A stretch of 64,000 nt of DNA from an uncultured Burkholderiales bacterium (GCA_903887325.1 CAISPG010000093.1:9931-73930), one strand, 5' to 3'. Counted from the stretch's first letter, positions 1 to 10,935 are shown. Translations and numbers: made by a program. The notes: generated by a model from the letters alone, not told the origin.

Positions 1-303
1 AACTGGTTACGCCATGTGCAGGATGTGCATTTGCGTCACCGCCAGCGACTCAACCATTTACCGCAAGTAGAGTTGGAAAACGTGTTGTGCGAGATGAATG
101 TGATTGAGCAAGTGGGCAACGTGGCTTTGTCTAATGTCTTGCAGGACGCCTGGACACGCGGTCAGAAAATCAGCGTACACGGCTGGATTTATGGTTTGAG
201 CGACGGTCTGGTCAAGGATTTACAGGTCACCATGAGCAATTCAGAAGAAGTCGTCGAAGTCTTTCGCAATGGCTTTAAGCGTTACCCGCGCGCAACTTCT
301 TGA
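1..303 (+). CDS. can: beta-class carbonic anhydrase, 3' part (starts before window)
   Basis: C-terminal motifs LCEMNVIEQVGNV and AWTRGQKISVHGWIYGLSDG are typical of Can/YadF; stop at 301-303. Confidence 0.85.
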   Translation, partial: NWLRHVQDVHLRHRQRLNHLPQVELENVLCEMNVIEQVGNVALSNVLQDAWTRGQKISVHGWIYGLSDGLVKDLQVTMSNSEEVVEVFRNGFKRYPRATS

Positions 304-315
304 GGTCAGCGCCCC

Positions 316-2133
316 ATGTTTCCGCAACGACTCGACTCCACTGTTGCTTATGGCATAGCTCAGGCCATGATGGATGGTTTCAACCGGCATTACCAGTTGT
401 TCCGCCAAGAGTCTGCCAAAGCCAAACAGCGGTTTGAAAAACAGGATTGGCATGGTCAGCAGCGTGCACAGCGTGAGCGCATAGAGTTTTACGATTTGCG
501 GGTCAAAGAATGTTCTGCTGTGCTTGAAAATGAATTTCAAGCCGCACAGCAACCGCCTGACATCTGGCAGCAAGTGAAATTACATTACATAGGATTGCTG
601 GTCGACCATTTTCAGCCAGAGCTGGCCGAAACTTTTTTCAATTCGGTGACCACCAAAATCCTGGACCGAAGTTATTTCCAGAATGAATTCATCTTTGTCC
701 GTCCAGCCGTCAGCACCGAGTACATAGAAAGCGATGAGCCTGATGCATTGCCGACTTACCAGGCCTGGTACCCGGGCAAGGACAATCTGGTGGACATCAT
801 TGTCCGCATCGTGGAGCATTTCAATCTGGCTTGTCCGTTTGCTGATCTTGAGCGAGATGCGGCAGATGTGTTGCGCAATGTACGAGCGCGGCTCGACCAA
901 TCAAAGTTACGGGCTAACTTTCAAATACAAGTGCTCAACAGCCTTTTTTTTCGGAACAAGGCTGCGTACATCGTCGGCAAGGTGATTAACGGCTTTGTTG
1001 AAATTCCTTTTGCCTTACCTGTCTTGCACAACGCACAAGGCCAGTTGGAGATTGATGCCGCCTTGTTTGGGGAAGATGATTTCCTGATGTTGTTCAGTTT
1101 TGCGCGGGCCTATTTTTTGGTCGACATGGACATTCCTTCTGCCTATGTGCAGTTTTTGCGCAGCCTCATGCCGCGCAAACCGCGCGCTGAAATTTACAAC
1201 GCATTGGGTTTGGCCAAGCAGGGCAAAACACTGTTTTACCGCGACCTGCTCTACCACCAGCGCCACAGCACAGACAAATTCCGCATCGCCGCCGGCATCA
1301 AGGGTATGGTGATGCTGGTGTTTGACCAGCCGTCATTTCCGTTTGTGTTCAAGGTCATCAAGGATTTTTACCCGCCGCAAAAAGACACGACGCGCGAACA
1401 AATCCAAGGTAAATACATGTTGGTTAAGCAACACGACAGGGTAGGACGAATGGCGGATACGCTGGAGTACAGCAATGTTGCATTTCCGCGCGAGCGTTTT
1501 GAAGACGAATTGATTGCTGAAATTCAAAAATTCGCACCCAGTCAAATCGAAATCAACGTCCGCCCCGATAACGGCAGACAGGAAGTGGTGATCAAACACG
1601 CCTACATTGAACGGCGCATGATTCCTTTGAATATTTACTTACAGGAATCGTTTGATGCTGGGCTTGACGAGCCGCATGCCAAAGCGCAAATGGAACGCGC
1701 CGTCATTGAATATGGCAATGCCATCAAGGATTTGGTGGCCGCCAATATTTTCCCGGGCGATATGCTGTGGAAAAACTTCGGCATCACGCGCCATGGCAAG
1801 GTGGTGTTTTACGATTACGACGAGATTGAATACATCACTGATTGCAATTTCCGCCGGGTACCGATGCCGCGTAACGAAGAAGACGAAATGTCCGGCGAAA
1901 TCTGGTACCACGTCGGCCCGCGCGATGTCTTCCCTGAAACCTTTGGCCCTTTTTTGCTGGGAAACCCGGCAGTTCGCGAAGTGTTCATGAAACACCATGC
2001 CGATTTGCTGGACGCCAGTTTCTGGCAAGGGCACAAAGAAAAAATCAGCCAAGGACACGTCCACGATGTGTTCCCGTATGAAGCAGACAAACGGTTTGTG
2101 GTTCAACGCGCTGCTTTGAACCAAGCCATGTGA
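316..2133 (+). CDS. aceK: bifunctional isocitrate dehydrogenase kinase/phosphatase
   Basis: 605 aa; [49 protein letters not shown] motifs. Confidence 0.97.
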   Translation: MFPQRLDSTVAYGIAQAMMDGFNRHYQLFRQESAKAKQRFEKQDWHGQQRAQRERIEFYDLRVKECSAVLENEFQAAQQPPDIWQQVKLHYIGLLVDHFQPELAETFFNSVTTKILDRSYFQNEFIFVRPAVSTEYIESDEPDALPTYQAWYPGKDNLVDIIVRIVEHFNLACPFADLERDAADVLRNVRARLDQSKLRANFQIQVLNSLFFRNKAAYIVGKVINGFVEIPFALPVLHNAQGQLEIDAALFGEDDFLMLFSFARAYFLVDMDIPSAYVQFLRSLMPRKPRAEIYNALGLAKQGKTLFYRDLLYHQRHSTDKFRIAAGIKGMVMLVFDQPSFPFVFKVIKDFYPPQKDTTREQIQGKYMLVKQHDRVGRMADTLEYSNVAFPRERFEDELIAEIQKFAPSQIEINVRPDNGRQEVVIKHAYIERRMIPLNIYLQESFDAGLDEPHAKAQMERAVIEYGNAIKDLVAANIFPGDMLWKNFGITRHGKVVFYDYDEIEYITDCNFRRVPMPRNEEDEMSGEIWYHVGPRDVFPETFGPFLLGNPAVREVFMKHHADLLDASFWQGHKEKISQGHVHDVFPYEADKRFVVQRAALNQAM

Positions 2134-2154
2134 GTTTTTTTTGAGGAGTTAGTT

Positions 2155-3336
2155 ATGTCAGATCCCATCGTCATCGTCAGTGCTGCCCGCACCCCCATGG
2201 GCAGTTTTCAAGGCGACTTTTCTTCTTTGTCTGCCCATGATTTGGGCGGTGTGGCGATTGCCGCAGCCGTGGCCCGCGCCGGTATTGCGCCGGATGCGAT
2301 CACCGAGGTCTTGTTTGGCAATTGTTTGATGGCCGGTCAGGGCCAGGCCCCGGCGCGTCAAGCGGCTTTCAAAGGCGGCTTGCCCAAAAGCGCAGGCGCA
2401 GTCACCTTGTCCAAGATGTGCGGCTCGGGCATGCGCGCAGCCATGTTCGCGCACGACATATTGAGCGCCGGCTCACAAGATGTGATGGTGGCTGGCGGCA
2501 TGGAAAGCATGACGAATGCACCGTATTTGATGTTGAAAGGCCGTGGCGGTTACCGCATGGGCCACGACAAAATTTATGACCACATGATGTTGGACGGCTT
2601 GGAAGATGCGTATGAAGCAGGACGCTCCATGGGCACCTTCGGCGAAGATTGCGCAGCCAAATACCAATTCACGCGCGAGGCACAAGACCATTTCGCCATG
2701 ACCAGCGTGCAACGCGCCAAAGATGCGACTGCCAACGGCGCGTTCAGCAAAGAAATCACGCCTGTCACAGTGAAAGACCGCAGCGGCGAGCGCGTGGTGT
2801 CGGTCGACGAAGGCCCTGGCAAAGTCAAGCTCGACAAAGTCACCAGCTTGAAACCGGCGTTCAAAAAAGACGGCACCATCACCGCGGCTTCCAGTTCATC
2901 TATCAACGATGGCGCGGCCGCGCTGGTGATGATGCGTGAGAGCACTGCCAAGAAACTCGGTTGCACGCCATTGGCACGCGTGGTCAGCCACGCCACATTC
3001 GCGCAAGAGCCCGAATGGTTCACGACAGCGCCGGTAGGTGCGACCCAGCAGGCTTTGGCCAAAGCCGGTTGGAAAGTCAGTGATGTGCAGTTGTGGGAAG
3101 TGAATGAAGCATTTGCTGTGGTGCCCATGGCATTGATGCATGAGCTCAACGTACCGCATGAGATCGTCAACGTCAACGGCGGCGCTTGCGCCTTAGGTCA
3201 TCCGATTGGCGCATCCGGTGCCCGCATCATCGTGACCTTGTTGCACGCATTGCAGGCACGGGGTCTGAAAAAAGGACTGGCCACCTTGTGCATTGGCGGC
3301 GGTGAAGGCACGGCCATGGCGCTTGAGTTGGTCTAG
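2155..3336 (+). CDS. acetyl-CoA C-acyltransferase (thiolase)
   Basis: KMCGSG catalytic Cys, EVNEAF, GHPIGASG, CIGGGEG motifs; GAGGAG RBS upstream. Confidence 0.95.
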   Translation: MSDPIVIVSAARTPMGSFQGDFSSLSAHDLGGVAIAAAVARAGIAPDAITEVLFGNCLMAGQGQAPARQAAFKGGLPKSAGAVTLSKMCGSGMRAAMFAHDILSAGSQDVMVAGGMESMTNAPYLMLKGRGGYRMGHDKIYDHMMLDGLEDAYEAGRSMGTFGEDCAAKYQFTREAQDHFAMTSVQRAKDATANGAFSKEITPVTVKDRSGERVVSVDEGPGKVKLDKVTSLKPAFKKDGTITAASSSSINDGAAALVMMRESTAKKLGCTPLARVVSHATFAQEPEWFTTAPVGATQQALAKAGWKVSDVQLWEVNEAFAVVPMALMHELNVPHEIVNVNGGACALGHPIGASGARIIVTLLHALQARGLKKGLATLCIGGGEGTAMALELV

Positions 3337-3348
3337 GAACCGAGCAGC

Positions 3349-4956
3349 ATGAGCGTTCTCACCTCCAAGTTGTCAACCCGATCCGCCGCATTCATAGCGA
3401 ATGCGCAGGCCATGCAAGCGGCGGTAGAAGATTTGCGCGTGCAAATGGCGCTGAGTGCGCAAGGCGGAGGTGAGGCGGCGCGTGCCAAACACGTGGCGCG
3501 CGGCAAGTTGCCGCCGCGCGAACGCGTGGCCTTGTTGCTGGACCCCGGCACGCCGTTTCTGGAGTTCAGTCCCTTGGCCGCACACGGCATGTACAACGGG
3601 GACGCACCGGGTGCAGGTGTGATCGCAGGCATTGGTCGCGTCAGCGGTGTGGATTGCGTGATTGTGTGCAACGATGCCACGGTCAAGGGCGGCACCTATT
3701 ACCCGATGACGGTGAAAAAACATTTGCGCGCCCAAGAAATTGCGCAGCAAAACCAGTTGCCCTGTATTTACCTGGTCGATTCAGGTGGCGCGAATTTGCC
3801 CAACCAGGACGATGTGTTTCCAGACAAAGAGCACTTTGGCCGCATTTTTTACAACCAAGCCAATATGAGTGCGCAAGGGATTGCGCAAATCGCGGTGGTC
3901 ATGGGCAGTTGCACCGCTGGTGGTGCCTATGTGCCAGCGATGAGCGATGAAACCATCATCGTGAAAAACCAAGGCACTATTTTTCTGGGCGGCCCGCCGC
4001 TGGTCAAAGCCGCCATCGGTGAAATTGTCAGCGCAGAAGATTTAGGCGGCGGCGATGTGCACACCCGTTTGTCAGGTGTGGCCGATCATCTGGCAGACAA
4101 CGATGCGCATGCCTTGGCCTTGGCGCGTGAGGCGGTGTCGCGCTTGAACCGACGCAAATCTTTTGCCACAGAAGTGATTCCTGCCCGCCCGCCGGTGTAC
4201 GACCCGCAAGAGATTTACGGCGTGATACCGGTAGACACGCGCAAGCCGTATGACGTGCGCGACATCATTGCCCGGGTGGTTGACGGCTCGGAGTTTCACG
4301 AGTTCAAGGCCCGCTTCGGCAGCACCTTGGTGTGCGGCTTTGCGCATATCGAAGGCATGCCAGTAGGTATCGTGGCCAACAATGGCGTGTTGTTTTCCGA
4401 ATCCGCACAAAAGGGCGCGCATTTCATTGAACTGTGTTGCCAACGCAAAATCCCGCTGGTGTTTTTGCAGAACATCACCGGCTTCATGGTCGGGCGCAAA
4501 TACGAAAACGAAGGCATTGCGCGTCACGGTGCCAAGATGGTCACCGCCGTGGCCACCGCGCAAGTGCCGAAATTCACCATCATCATCGGCGGCAGTTACG
4601 GCGCAGGCAATTACGGCATGTGCGGTCGCGCTTTCAATCCGCGCTTTTTGTGGATGTGGCCGAACGCGCGTATTTGCGTGATGGGCGGCGAGCAAGCCGC
4701 CAGCGTGCTGGCCACGGTGCGCCGCGACGGCATTGAAGCCAAAGGCGGCAGTTGGAGCGCCGAGGAAGAAGCCAAATTCAAACAACCCTTGCTGGATCAG
4801 TTCGCCCACCAGTCGCACCCGTATTACGCCAGTGCGCGTTTGTGGGACGACGGTGTGATCGACCCGGCCGATACCCGACAGGTGTTGGCCCTGGCCTTGT
4901 CCGCGTCTTTGAACGCACCGATTCCCGACACCCGTTTCGGTGTTTTCCGTATGTGA
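3349..4956 (+). CDS. liuB: 3-methylcrotonyl-CoA carboxylase beta (carboxyltransferase) subunit
   Basis: 535 aa; [36 protein letters not shown] motifs. Confidence 0.9.
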   Translation: MSVLTSKLSTRSAAFIANAQAMQAAVEDLRVQMALSAQGGGEAARAKHVARGKLPPRERVALLLDPGTPFLEFSPLAAHGMYNGDAPGAGVIAGIGRVSGVDCVIVCNDATVKGGTYYPMTVKKHLRAQEIAQQNQLPCIYLVDSGGANLPNQDDVFPDKEHFGRIFYNQANMSAQGIAQIAVVMGSCTAGGAYVPAMSDETIIVKNQGTIFLGGPPLVKAAIGEIVSAEDLGGGDVHTRLSGVADHLADNDAHALALAREAVSRLNRRKSFATEVIPARPPVYDPQEIYGVIPVDTRKPYDVRDIIARVVDGSEFHEFKARFGSTLVCGFAHIEGMPVGIVANNGVLFSESAQKGAHFIELCCQRKIPLVFLQNITGFMVGRKYENEGIARHGAKMVTAVATAQVPKFTIIIGGSYGAGNYGMCGRAFNPRFLWMWPNARICVMGGEQAASVLATVRRDGIEAKGGSWSAEEEAKFKQPLLDQFAHQSHPYYASARLWDDGVIDPADTRQVLALALSASLNAPIPDTRFGVFRM

Positions 4957-4975
4957 TTTTTTTGAGATAAACAAC

Positions 4976-6109
4976 ATGAACCATATTTACCATTTGCCCG
5001 AACACCAAACCCTGCGCGACCAGATGGCGCGTTTTCTGGAACGCGAAGTCGAGCCTTACGGACTCGAATGGGAGAAGGCGGGAAAGGTGCCGCGCGAGGT
5101 ATTGCGCAAAATGGGCGAGGCCGGTTTTTTCGGCTTGATGTACGACTGCGAATACGGCGGTGCTGAAGCGGATGCATTGACCAATCTGGTGTTTGCCGAA
5201 GCCTTGTCGCAATCCACTTACGCCGGTTTTATTGTCAGCGTGTTGGTGCATACCGACATGGCCAGCCCGCATTTGCACCACGCAGGCACGGCGGCGCAAA
5301 AAGCCAAATACATGCCGCGCATCATCGCGGGTGAAACCATCAGTGCCGTGGCCATGACCGAACCCGGCGCGGGCTCAGACTTGTCCGGTATGCGCAGCAC
5401 GGCCAAGCGCGACGGCGATGCCTGGGTGCTGAACGGCACCAAAATGTTCATCACCAACGGCGTGCATGCGGATGTGTATTTCGTCGCTGCCAAAACCGGC
5501 CCCGGCAAACACCAGATGTCCATGTTCATAGTGGAAAAAGGCACGCCGGGTTTCAGCGTTGGTCGTTCTTTGGACAAAACCGGTTGGTTGTGTTCCGACA
5601 CGGCTGAGCTGGTTTTGGACAACGTGCGTCTAGGCCCAGATGCTTTGCTGGGTGAGCAAGACAAAGGTTTTTATGCGCTGATGAAAAATTTGCAGACCGA
5701 GCGCATCGCCTTGGCCGCCATGGCGATTGGCCATTGCCAACGCGCGATTGAACTCACACTCGACTATGTGCGTCAGCGTCAGGCCTTTGGCAAAAGCCTG
5801 TGGGAGATGCAACACATCCGCCAGCGCATTGCCATGTTGGATGCCAAAACCCGCTCGGCGCGTCAGTTCATGTACCACTGCGCCTGGTCGGTCACGCAAG
5901 AGCATGACATCGTGCAAGAAGTCTCCATGCTCAAAGCACTGACCGGTGACTTGGTGAATGAAGTGGTCGGCGGATGTTTGCAATTCTGGGGCGGCATGGG
6001 CTATATGCGCGAAGCGCCTATCGAGCGCTTGTGGCGTGATGCTCGTGTGCTGGCTATTGGCGGCGGTGCCACCGAGGTCATGCTGGAAGAAGTGGCCAAG
6101 CGCTACTGA
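4976..6109 (+). CDS. acyl-CoA dehydrogenase family protein
   Basis: AMTEPGAGSD, NGTKMFITNG, RQAFGK, IGGGATEVM motifs; start moved to ATG 4976, after the liuB stop. Confidence 0.92.
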   Translation: MNHIYHLPEHQTLRDQMARFLEREVEPYGLEWEKAGKVPREVLRKMGEAGFFGLMYDCEYGGAEADALTNLVFAEALSQSTYAGFIVSVLVHTDMASPHLHHAGTAAQKAKYMPRIIAGETISAVAMTEPGAGSDLSGMRSTAKRDGDAWVLNGTKMFITNGVHADVYFVAAKTGPGKHQMSMFIVEKGTPGFSVGRSLDKTGWLCSDTAELVLDNVRLGPDALLGEQDKGFYALMKNLQTERIALAAMAIGHCQRAIELTLDYVRQRQAFGKSLWEMQHIRQRIAMLDAKTRSARQFMYHCAWSVTQEHDIVQEVSMLKALTGDLVNEVVGGCLQFWGGMGYMREAPIERLWRDARVLAIGGGATEVMLEEVAKRY

Positions 6110-6113
6110 TGCC

Positions 6114-8111
6114 ATGTTCCACACAATACTGATTGCCAACCGGGGCGAAATCGCCTGCCGTGTCGCCGCCACGGCTAAGCGCATGGGCGTGCGTACCGTC
6201 GCTGTGTATTCCGACGCAGACGCACAGGCGGCGCATGTGCAAGCTTGCGACGAAGCAGTGCATATAGGTGGCGCGTCTGTGCAAGACAGTTATTTGCAAT
6301 GGCAGCGCATACTGGACGCAGCATTGCAAACCGGTGCGCAAGCCGTGCACCCCGGCTATGGTTTCTTGAGCGAGAACGCTGACTTTGCGAATGCCTGTGC
6401 CAAAGCAGGCTTGGTGTTCATCGGGCCCGGGGTAGATGCCATTCAAGCCATGGGCCTCAAAGCGGCTTCCAAACAGTTGATGGAAAAAGCCGGTGTGCCC
6501 TTGGTGCCCGGTTACCACGGTGCCGATCAATCACCTGCCTTGCTGGAAAAAGAAGCCTTGCGCATCGGCTATCCGGTGTTGATCAAAGCCAGTGCCGGTG
6601 GCGGCGGCAAAGGCATGCGGATTGTTCGGCAAGCTTCCGAATTTTCTGAGGCGCTGGCTTCCTGTCAGCGTGAAGCGAAAAACAGTTTCAGCGATGACGC
6701 GGTGCTGATTGAAAAATACGTGCAGCGTCCGCGCCACATAGAAATACAAGTGTTCGGCGACAGCCACGGCAACATCATCCATTTGCATGAGCGCGATTGC
6801 TCGGTGCAACGCAGGCACCAGAAAGTGTTGGAAGAATCTCCCGCCCCGGGTCTGTCTGAAGACATGCGCCAGCGCATGGGTGCCGCCGCCGTCGCCGCTG
6901 CCAAAGCGGTGAACTATGTGGGCGCAGGCACGGTGGAGTTCATCGTCGAGCAGTCTGAACGCGGCATGGATTTTTTCTTCATGGAAATGAACACCCGCTT
7001 GCAGGTGGAGCACCCGGTGACAGAAGCGGTCACTGGTTTGGATTTGGTGGAATGGCAATTGCGTATTGCCAGCGGTGAGCCTCTGCCATTGACCCAGGCA
7101 CAAGTCACAGTCAACGGCCATGCGATCGAAGCACGCATTTGCGCCGAGACACCTGATAACGATTTCTTACCGGCCATTGGCCAGTTGCAAGTCATGCGTT
7201 CACCCCACGCCAGCCATTTCACGGTGTCACCAGTTCGGTTGGACAGCGGCGTGCGTGAAGGTGACAGCATCAGCCCGTATTACGACTCGATGATCGCCAA
7301 ACTCATCGTGCATGGCGACACGCGCGAGCAGGCCCTGGCCAGATTGGATCAGGCGCTGGCGCAACTGCATATCGTCGGCGTGCAAAACAATGTGGCCTTT
7401 GTGCGGCACGTGATTCGCACGCCATCTTTTTCGCAAGCGAATTTGGACACGGCATTGATTGAGCGTGAAAAAGCCCTGCTTTTCCACCAGCAAACTTTGT
7501 CAAATCAACATGCAGTGGCCAGTGCCGTGGCTGCGCTGTTGCGAACCGAAACCCCTGAGCACTCGGGCTGGACCGACCCTTGGTCAGCACACAGCAACTG
7601 GTTGATGCAAGGCGTGTCAAACCGTTCCTTTGAATTCACAGTGAACGGCTCGTCCATCAAAGTCGTGTTGATCAGCCACGTGCGCGGCGGCATGCGTTTA
7701 CGCATTACTGACGATGAAGCCGACTTCAGATGGCGCGATGTTGACGGGCAATTGCAAGTGACATGGGGCGAACAAAGCTGGCGTTGTCATGTGTATGCAA
7801 GCGGTCTAGAAAGTCATGTGTTTGCAGATGCCGGGTACAGCATTCTGACCTTAGTTGATCCCTTGGCGCATGCTCCCGAGGGAGCTGCCGCCGGCGGCAA
7901 TCTGGCCGCGCCTATGCCGGGCAAATTGCTTTCTTTTGCGGTCGCTGTCGGCGATAAGGTGGCGGCCGGTCAGGCGCTGGCCGTGATGGAAGCCATGAAA
8001 ATGGAACACACAGTCGCCGCACCCACTGACGGTACCGTGGCTGAATTGTTGTATGCGCCAGGGGACCAAGTGGCCGAAGGTGCGCCTTTGTTACGACTGT
8101 CGGTAGACTGA
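6114..8111 (+). CDS. liuD: 3-methylcrotonyl-CoA carboxylase alpha subunit (biotin carboxylase plus biotin carrier)
   Basis: ILIANRGEIA, HPGYGFLSEN, ERDCSVQRRHQK, EMNTRLQVEHPVTE and biotinylation motif EAMKM; start ATG 6114. Confidence 0.9.
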   Translation: MFHTILIANRGEIACRVAATAKRMGVRTVAVYSDADAQAAHVQACDEAVHIGGASVQDSYLQWQRILDAALQTGAQAVHPGYGFLSENADFANACAKAGLVFIGPGVDAIQAMGLKAASKQLMEKAGVPLVPGYHGADQSPALLEKEALRIGYPVLIKASAGGGGKGMRIVRQASEFSEALASCQREAKNSFSDDAVLIEKYVQRPRHIEIQVFGDSHGNIIHLHERDCSVQRRHQKVLEESPAPGLSEDMRQRMGAAAVAAAKAVNYVGAGTVEFIVEQSERGMDFFFMEMNTRLQVEHPVTEAVTGLDLVEWQLRIASGEPLPLTQAQVTVNGHAIEARICAETPDNDFLPAIGQLQVMRSPHASHFTVSPVRLDSGVREGDSISPYYDSMIAKLIVHGDTREQALARLDQALAQLHIVGVQNNVAFVRHVIRTPSFSQANLDTALIEREKALLFHQQTLSNQHAVASAVAALLRTETPEHSGWTDPWSAHSNWLMQGVSNRSFEFTVNGSSIKVVLISHVRGGMRLRITDDEADFRWRDVDGQLQVTWGEQSWRCHVYASGLESHVFADAGYSILTLVDPLAHAPEGAAAGGNLAAPMPGKLLSFAVAVGDKVAAGQALAVMEAMKMEHTVAAPTDGTVAELLYAPGDQVAEGAPLLRLSVD

Positions 8112-8112
8112 C

Positions 8113-8364
8113 ATGACAGTTCCGATCACGCCGTGGCAGAGTTTGCGCCAACGCTGGCAGCAAGTTGATCGCACTGCGCAGGGGCAGTCACTGGCGTCGC
8201 CTTGTATGTCGGTGTGCATCATGAAAACAGACGCTGATGAATGCCACGGATGTCTGCGCAGCTTGGATGAAATCGCGTACTGGGGAATGAGTTCTCCGCA
8301 ACAGCAGCGCGCCGTCTGGCAGCGACTGGGACAACGCATAGAGCAACACTTCAAAGAGGTCTGA
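8113..8364 (+). CDS. DUF1289-type small cysteine-cluster protein
   Basis: SPCMSVC...CHGCLRSLDEIAYW pattern. Confidence 0.8.
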   Translation: MTVPITPWQSLRQRWQQVDRTAQGQSLASPCMSVCIMKTDADECHGCLRSLDEIAYWGMSSPQQQRAVWQRLGQRIEQHFKEV

Positions 8365-8365
8365 G

Positions 8366-9007
8366 ATGAAGCAACTGACTTTTTATTTCGATATTCTCAG
8401 CCCTTATGCCTACTTGGCCTTCCATCAATTGCCGCAGGTATTGCAAGGCTTGAGCTATCAGGTGCGGTACCAGCCGGTGTTGTTTGGCGGGCTGTTGCAA
8501 CACCACGGGCAACTCGGGCCGGTAGAAGTTGTCGGCAAGCGCGCGTGGACTTACCGCCAGTCTTTGTGGCTGGGTCGGCACCTCGGTATAGATTTGCAAT
8601 TGCCTGCCGCCCATCCTTTCAATCCATTACCGCTGCTGCGTTTGGCCATAGCCACCGACGCACAAGGCTATCCGAACCGTTTTGTCTGCGACACCCTATT
8701 TAGATTTGTCTGGGCCAGCGGCAAGAATGTGTCTGACCCGGCGCATTTGGCAGAGTTAAGCGCATTGCTCAAGCCGGTGCGTTCGCCGGATGCCGAGGAT
8801 GTGAAAGCGCAATTGCGCAGCTTCACCGAGCAAGCGATTGCCCACGGCGTCTTCGGCGTGCCTGCGATTCAGGCTGATGACCAGATTTTCTGGGGCTTTG
8901 ATTCGCTGCCTATCTTGCGGCAATATCTTGAAGGCGATGCCTGGTTCAAGACCCCGGCTTGGACAGACGCGGCCAAACTGCCGGTAGGCATTGTGCGCAA
9001 GCGCTGA
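8366..9007 (+). CDS. 2-hydroxychromene-2-carboxylate isomerase / DsbA-family (kappa GST-like) protein
   Basis: FYFDILSPYAYLA N-terminus; GVFGVPAI..DDQIFWGFD C-terminus. Confidence 0.85.
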   Translation: MKQLTFYFDILSPYAYLAFHQLPQVLQGLSYQVRYQPVLFGGLLQHHGQLGPVEVVGKRAWTYRQSLWLGRHLGIDLQLPAAHPFNPLPLLRLAIATDAQGYPNRFVCDTLFRFVWASGKNVSDPAHLAELSALLKPVRSPDAEDVKAQLRSFTEQAIAHGVFGVPAIQADDQIFWGFDSLPILRQYLEGDAWFKTPAWTDAAKLPVGIVRKR

Positions 9008-9034
9008 ACAGTCCGCATTATGAAATGAAGCCCG

Positions 9035-9079
9035 AGGGTTAGCCCTAGTATTGTCAGCCCATGTTCAGTTTAGTGTCAG
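9035..9079 (+). promoter_or_regulatory. candidate transcription-factor sites upstream of the MFS gene
   Basis: imperfect palindrome AGGGTTAGCCCT (9035-9046) and three hexamers tgtcag/gttcag/tgtcag at 9052, 9063 and 9074 (exact 11-bp phasing). Confidence 0.45.
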
Positions 9080-9148
9080 TCGCTGGCAAGTACTGCCTAC
9101 CAAAATACTCATAGACCCCTATTCTGCGGGCAACCACAAGGAGACACC

Positions 9149-10912
9149 ATGGCCATAGTGCATGAAGACCGACCAATGTCGTCGGAAGAAAAGAAAGTTA
9201 TTTTTGCCTCATCACTGGGTACGGTGTTCGAGTGGTATGACTTTTATCTTTACGGCTCATTAGCGGCCATCATTGCCAAACAATTTTTCAGCGGTTTGGA
9301 TCAAGGCTCGGCGTTTATTTTCGCCTTGCTGGCCTTTGCAGCAGGCTTTATCGTGCGTCCTTTTGGCGCGATTTTCTTCGGCCGTCTGGGCGACATGATC
9401 GGTCGAAAATACACTTTCCTGGTCACCATTTTGATCATGGGTTTGTCGACCTTCATCGTCGGTGTGTTGCCCGGTTATGCCAGTATCGGCGTGGCAGCGC
9501 CCGTGATTTTGATTGCCTTGCGTTTGTTGCAAGGTTTGGCACTCGGCGGTGAATACGGCGGTGCCGCCACTTATGTAGCTGAGCATGCTCCCCACGGTAA
9601 ACGTGGTGCCTACACCTCATGGATTCAAACCACGGCCACGCTGGGTTTGTTCCTGTCGTTGTTAGTGATTCTGGGCACGCGTACTGCCATCGGCGAAGAA
9701 GCCTTTGAAACCTGGGGCTGGCGCATTCCTTTCCTGGTCTCCATCGCTTTGCTGGCCGTGTCGGTTTATATCCGTTTGTCTATGAACGAGTCGCCTGCTT
9801 TCACCAAAATGAAAGCCGAAGGCAAAACCTCCAAAGCTCCTTTGTCGGAGTCTTTCGGTCAGTGGAAAAACCTGAAGATCGTGATTCTGGCCCTGGTTGG
9901 TTTGACTGCCGGACAAGCCGTGGTCTGGTACACCGGCCAGTTCTATGCGCTGTTTTTCCTGACCCAGTCGCTTAAGGTTGACGGACCGACTGCCAACTTG
10001 TTTGTGGCGGCATCTCTCATCATCGGCACACCTTTCTTCATCGTCTTCGGCGCACTGTCTGACAAGATAGGCCGCAAGCCCATCATCATGCTGGGTTGTT
10101 TGCTGGCCGTGGTCAGCTACTTCTTTATGTTCGAACAGTTGACAAAGGCGGCTAACCCTGATTTGCACGCTGCACAGCAGGCCAACAAAGTGGTGGTGGT
10201 TGCCGATCCGGGCGAATGTTCATTCCAGTTCAACCCTACCGGCACGGTGAAATTCACTTCTTCATGCGATATCGCCAAACAAAAACTGGCCAGCAACTCG
10301 GTCAGCTATTCCAATGAAATCGCCCCGCCCGGCACCCCGGCCATCATCAAGGTCGGCGAAACCGTGATCTCTACGGTTGTCACGCCGGAAGATGTGGCTG
10401 CAGCCAAGCAAGCCGCCGAGAAAAAACTGGAAGACCTCAAGGCCGCCGATGTGGTCGATCCCAAGGCCGTGAAAAAGGCCGAAGACGGATTGAAAAACCT
10501 GTCGGATGAAAAGAAAAGCCGCGATGCTGTCATCACAGCCAACCTGACTGCGACCCTCAAGGCCGCAGGCTATCCTGCCAAGGCAGACCCGATGAAGGTC
10601 AACAAGCCCGTCGTGGTCTTGATTCTGACCTACCTGGTGATTCTGGTGACCATGGTTTATGGCCCGATCGCTGCCATGCTGGTCGAGATGTTCCCGACAC
10701 GTATCCGCTACACCTCCATGTCCTTGCCCTACCACATCGGTAACGGCTGGTTCGGCGGTTTGCTGCCGACCACAGCGTTTGCCATCGTGGCGCAAACCGG
10801 CAATATGTATAACGGTTTGTGGTATCCCATCATCATTGCAGGCGCGACCTTCATCATCGGTACCTTGTTCATCAAGGAAACCAAGGATGTGGACATTTAC
10901 GCTGACGATTGA
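9149..10912 (+). CDS. MFS transporter, metabolite:H+ symporter (MHS) family
   Basis: GTVFEWYDFYLY, VRPFGA..FG.LGD.IGRK, LQGLALGGEYGGA motifs; AGGAG RBS. Confidence 0.92.
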   Translation: MAIVHEDRPMSSEEKKVIFASSLGTVFEWYDFYLYGSLAAIIAKQFFSGLDQGSAFIFALLAFAAGFIVRPFGAIFFGRLGDMIGRKYTFLVTILIMGLSTFIVGVLPGYASIGVAAPVILIALRLLQGLALGGEYGGAATYVAEHAPHGKRGAYTSWIQTTATLGLFLSLLVILGTRTAIGEEAFETWGWRIPFLVSIALLAVSVYIRLSMNESPAFTKMKAEGKTSKAPLSESFGQWKNLKIVILALVGLTAGQAVVWYTGQFYALFFLTQSLKVDGPTANLFVAASLIIGTPFFIVFGALSDKIGRKPIIMLGCLLAVVSYFFMFEQLTKAANPDLHAAQQANKVVVVADPGECSFQFNPTGTVKFTSSCDIAKQKLASNSVSYSNEIAPPGTPAIIKVGETVISTVVTPEDVAAAKQAAEKKLEDLKAADVVDPKAVKKAEDGLKNLSDEKKSRDAVITANLTATLKAAGYPAKADPMKVNKPVVVLILTYLVILVTMVYGPIAAMLVEMFPTRIRYTSMSLPYHIGNGWFGGLLPTTAFAIVAQTGNMYNGLWYPIIIAGATFIIGTLFIKETKDVDIYADD

Positions 10913-10935
10913 TTTTCAAAGTCTGTGAATGACTG

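Noticed and set aside
944-951. T8 tract in aceK as a phase-variation site
   Set aside because: In frame, encodes the conserved LFFR motif, and is short for slipped-strand switching.
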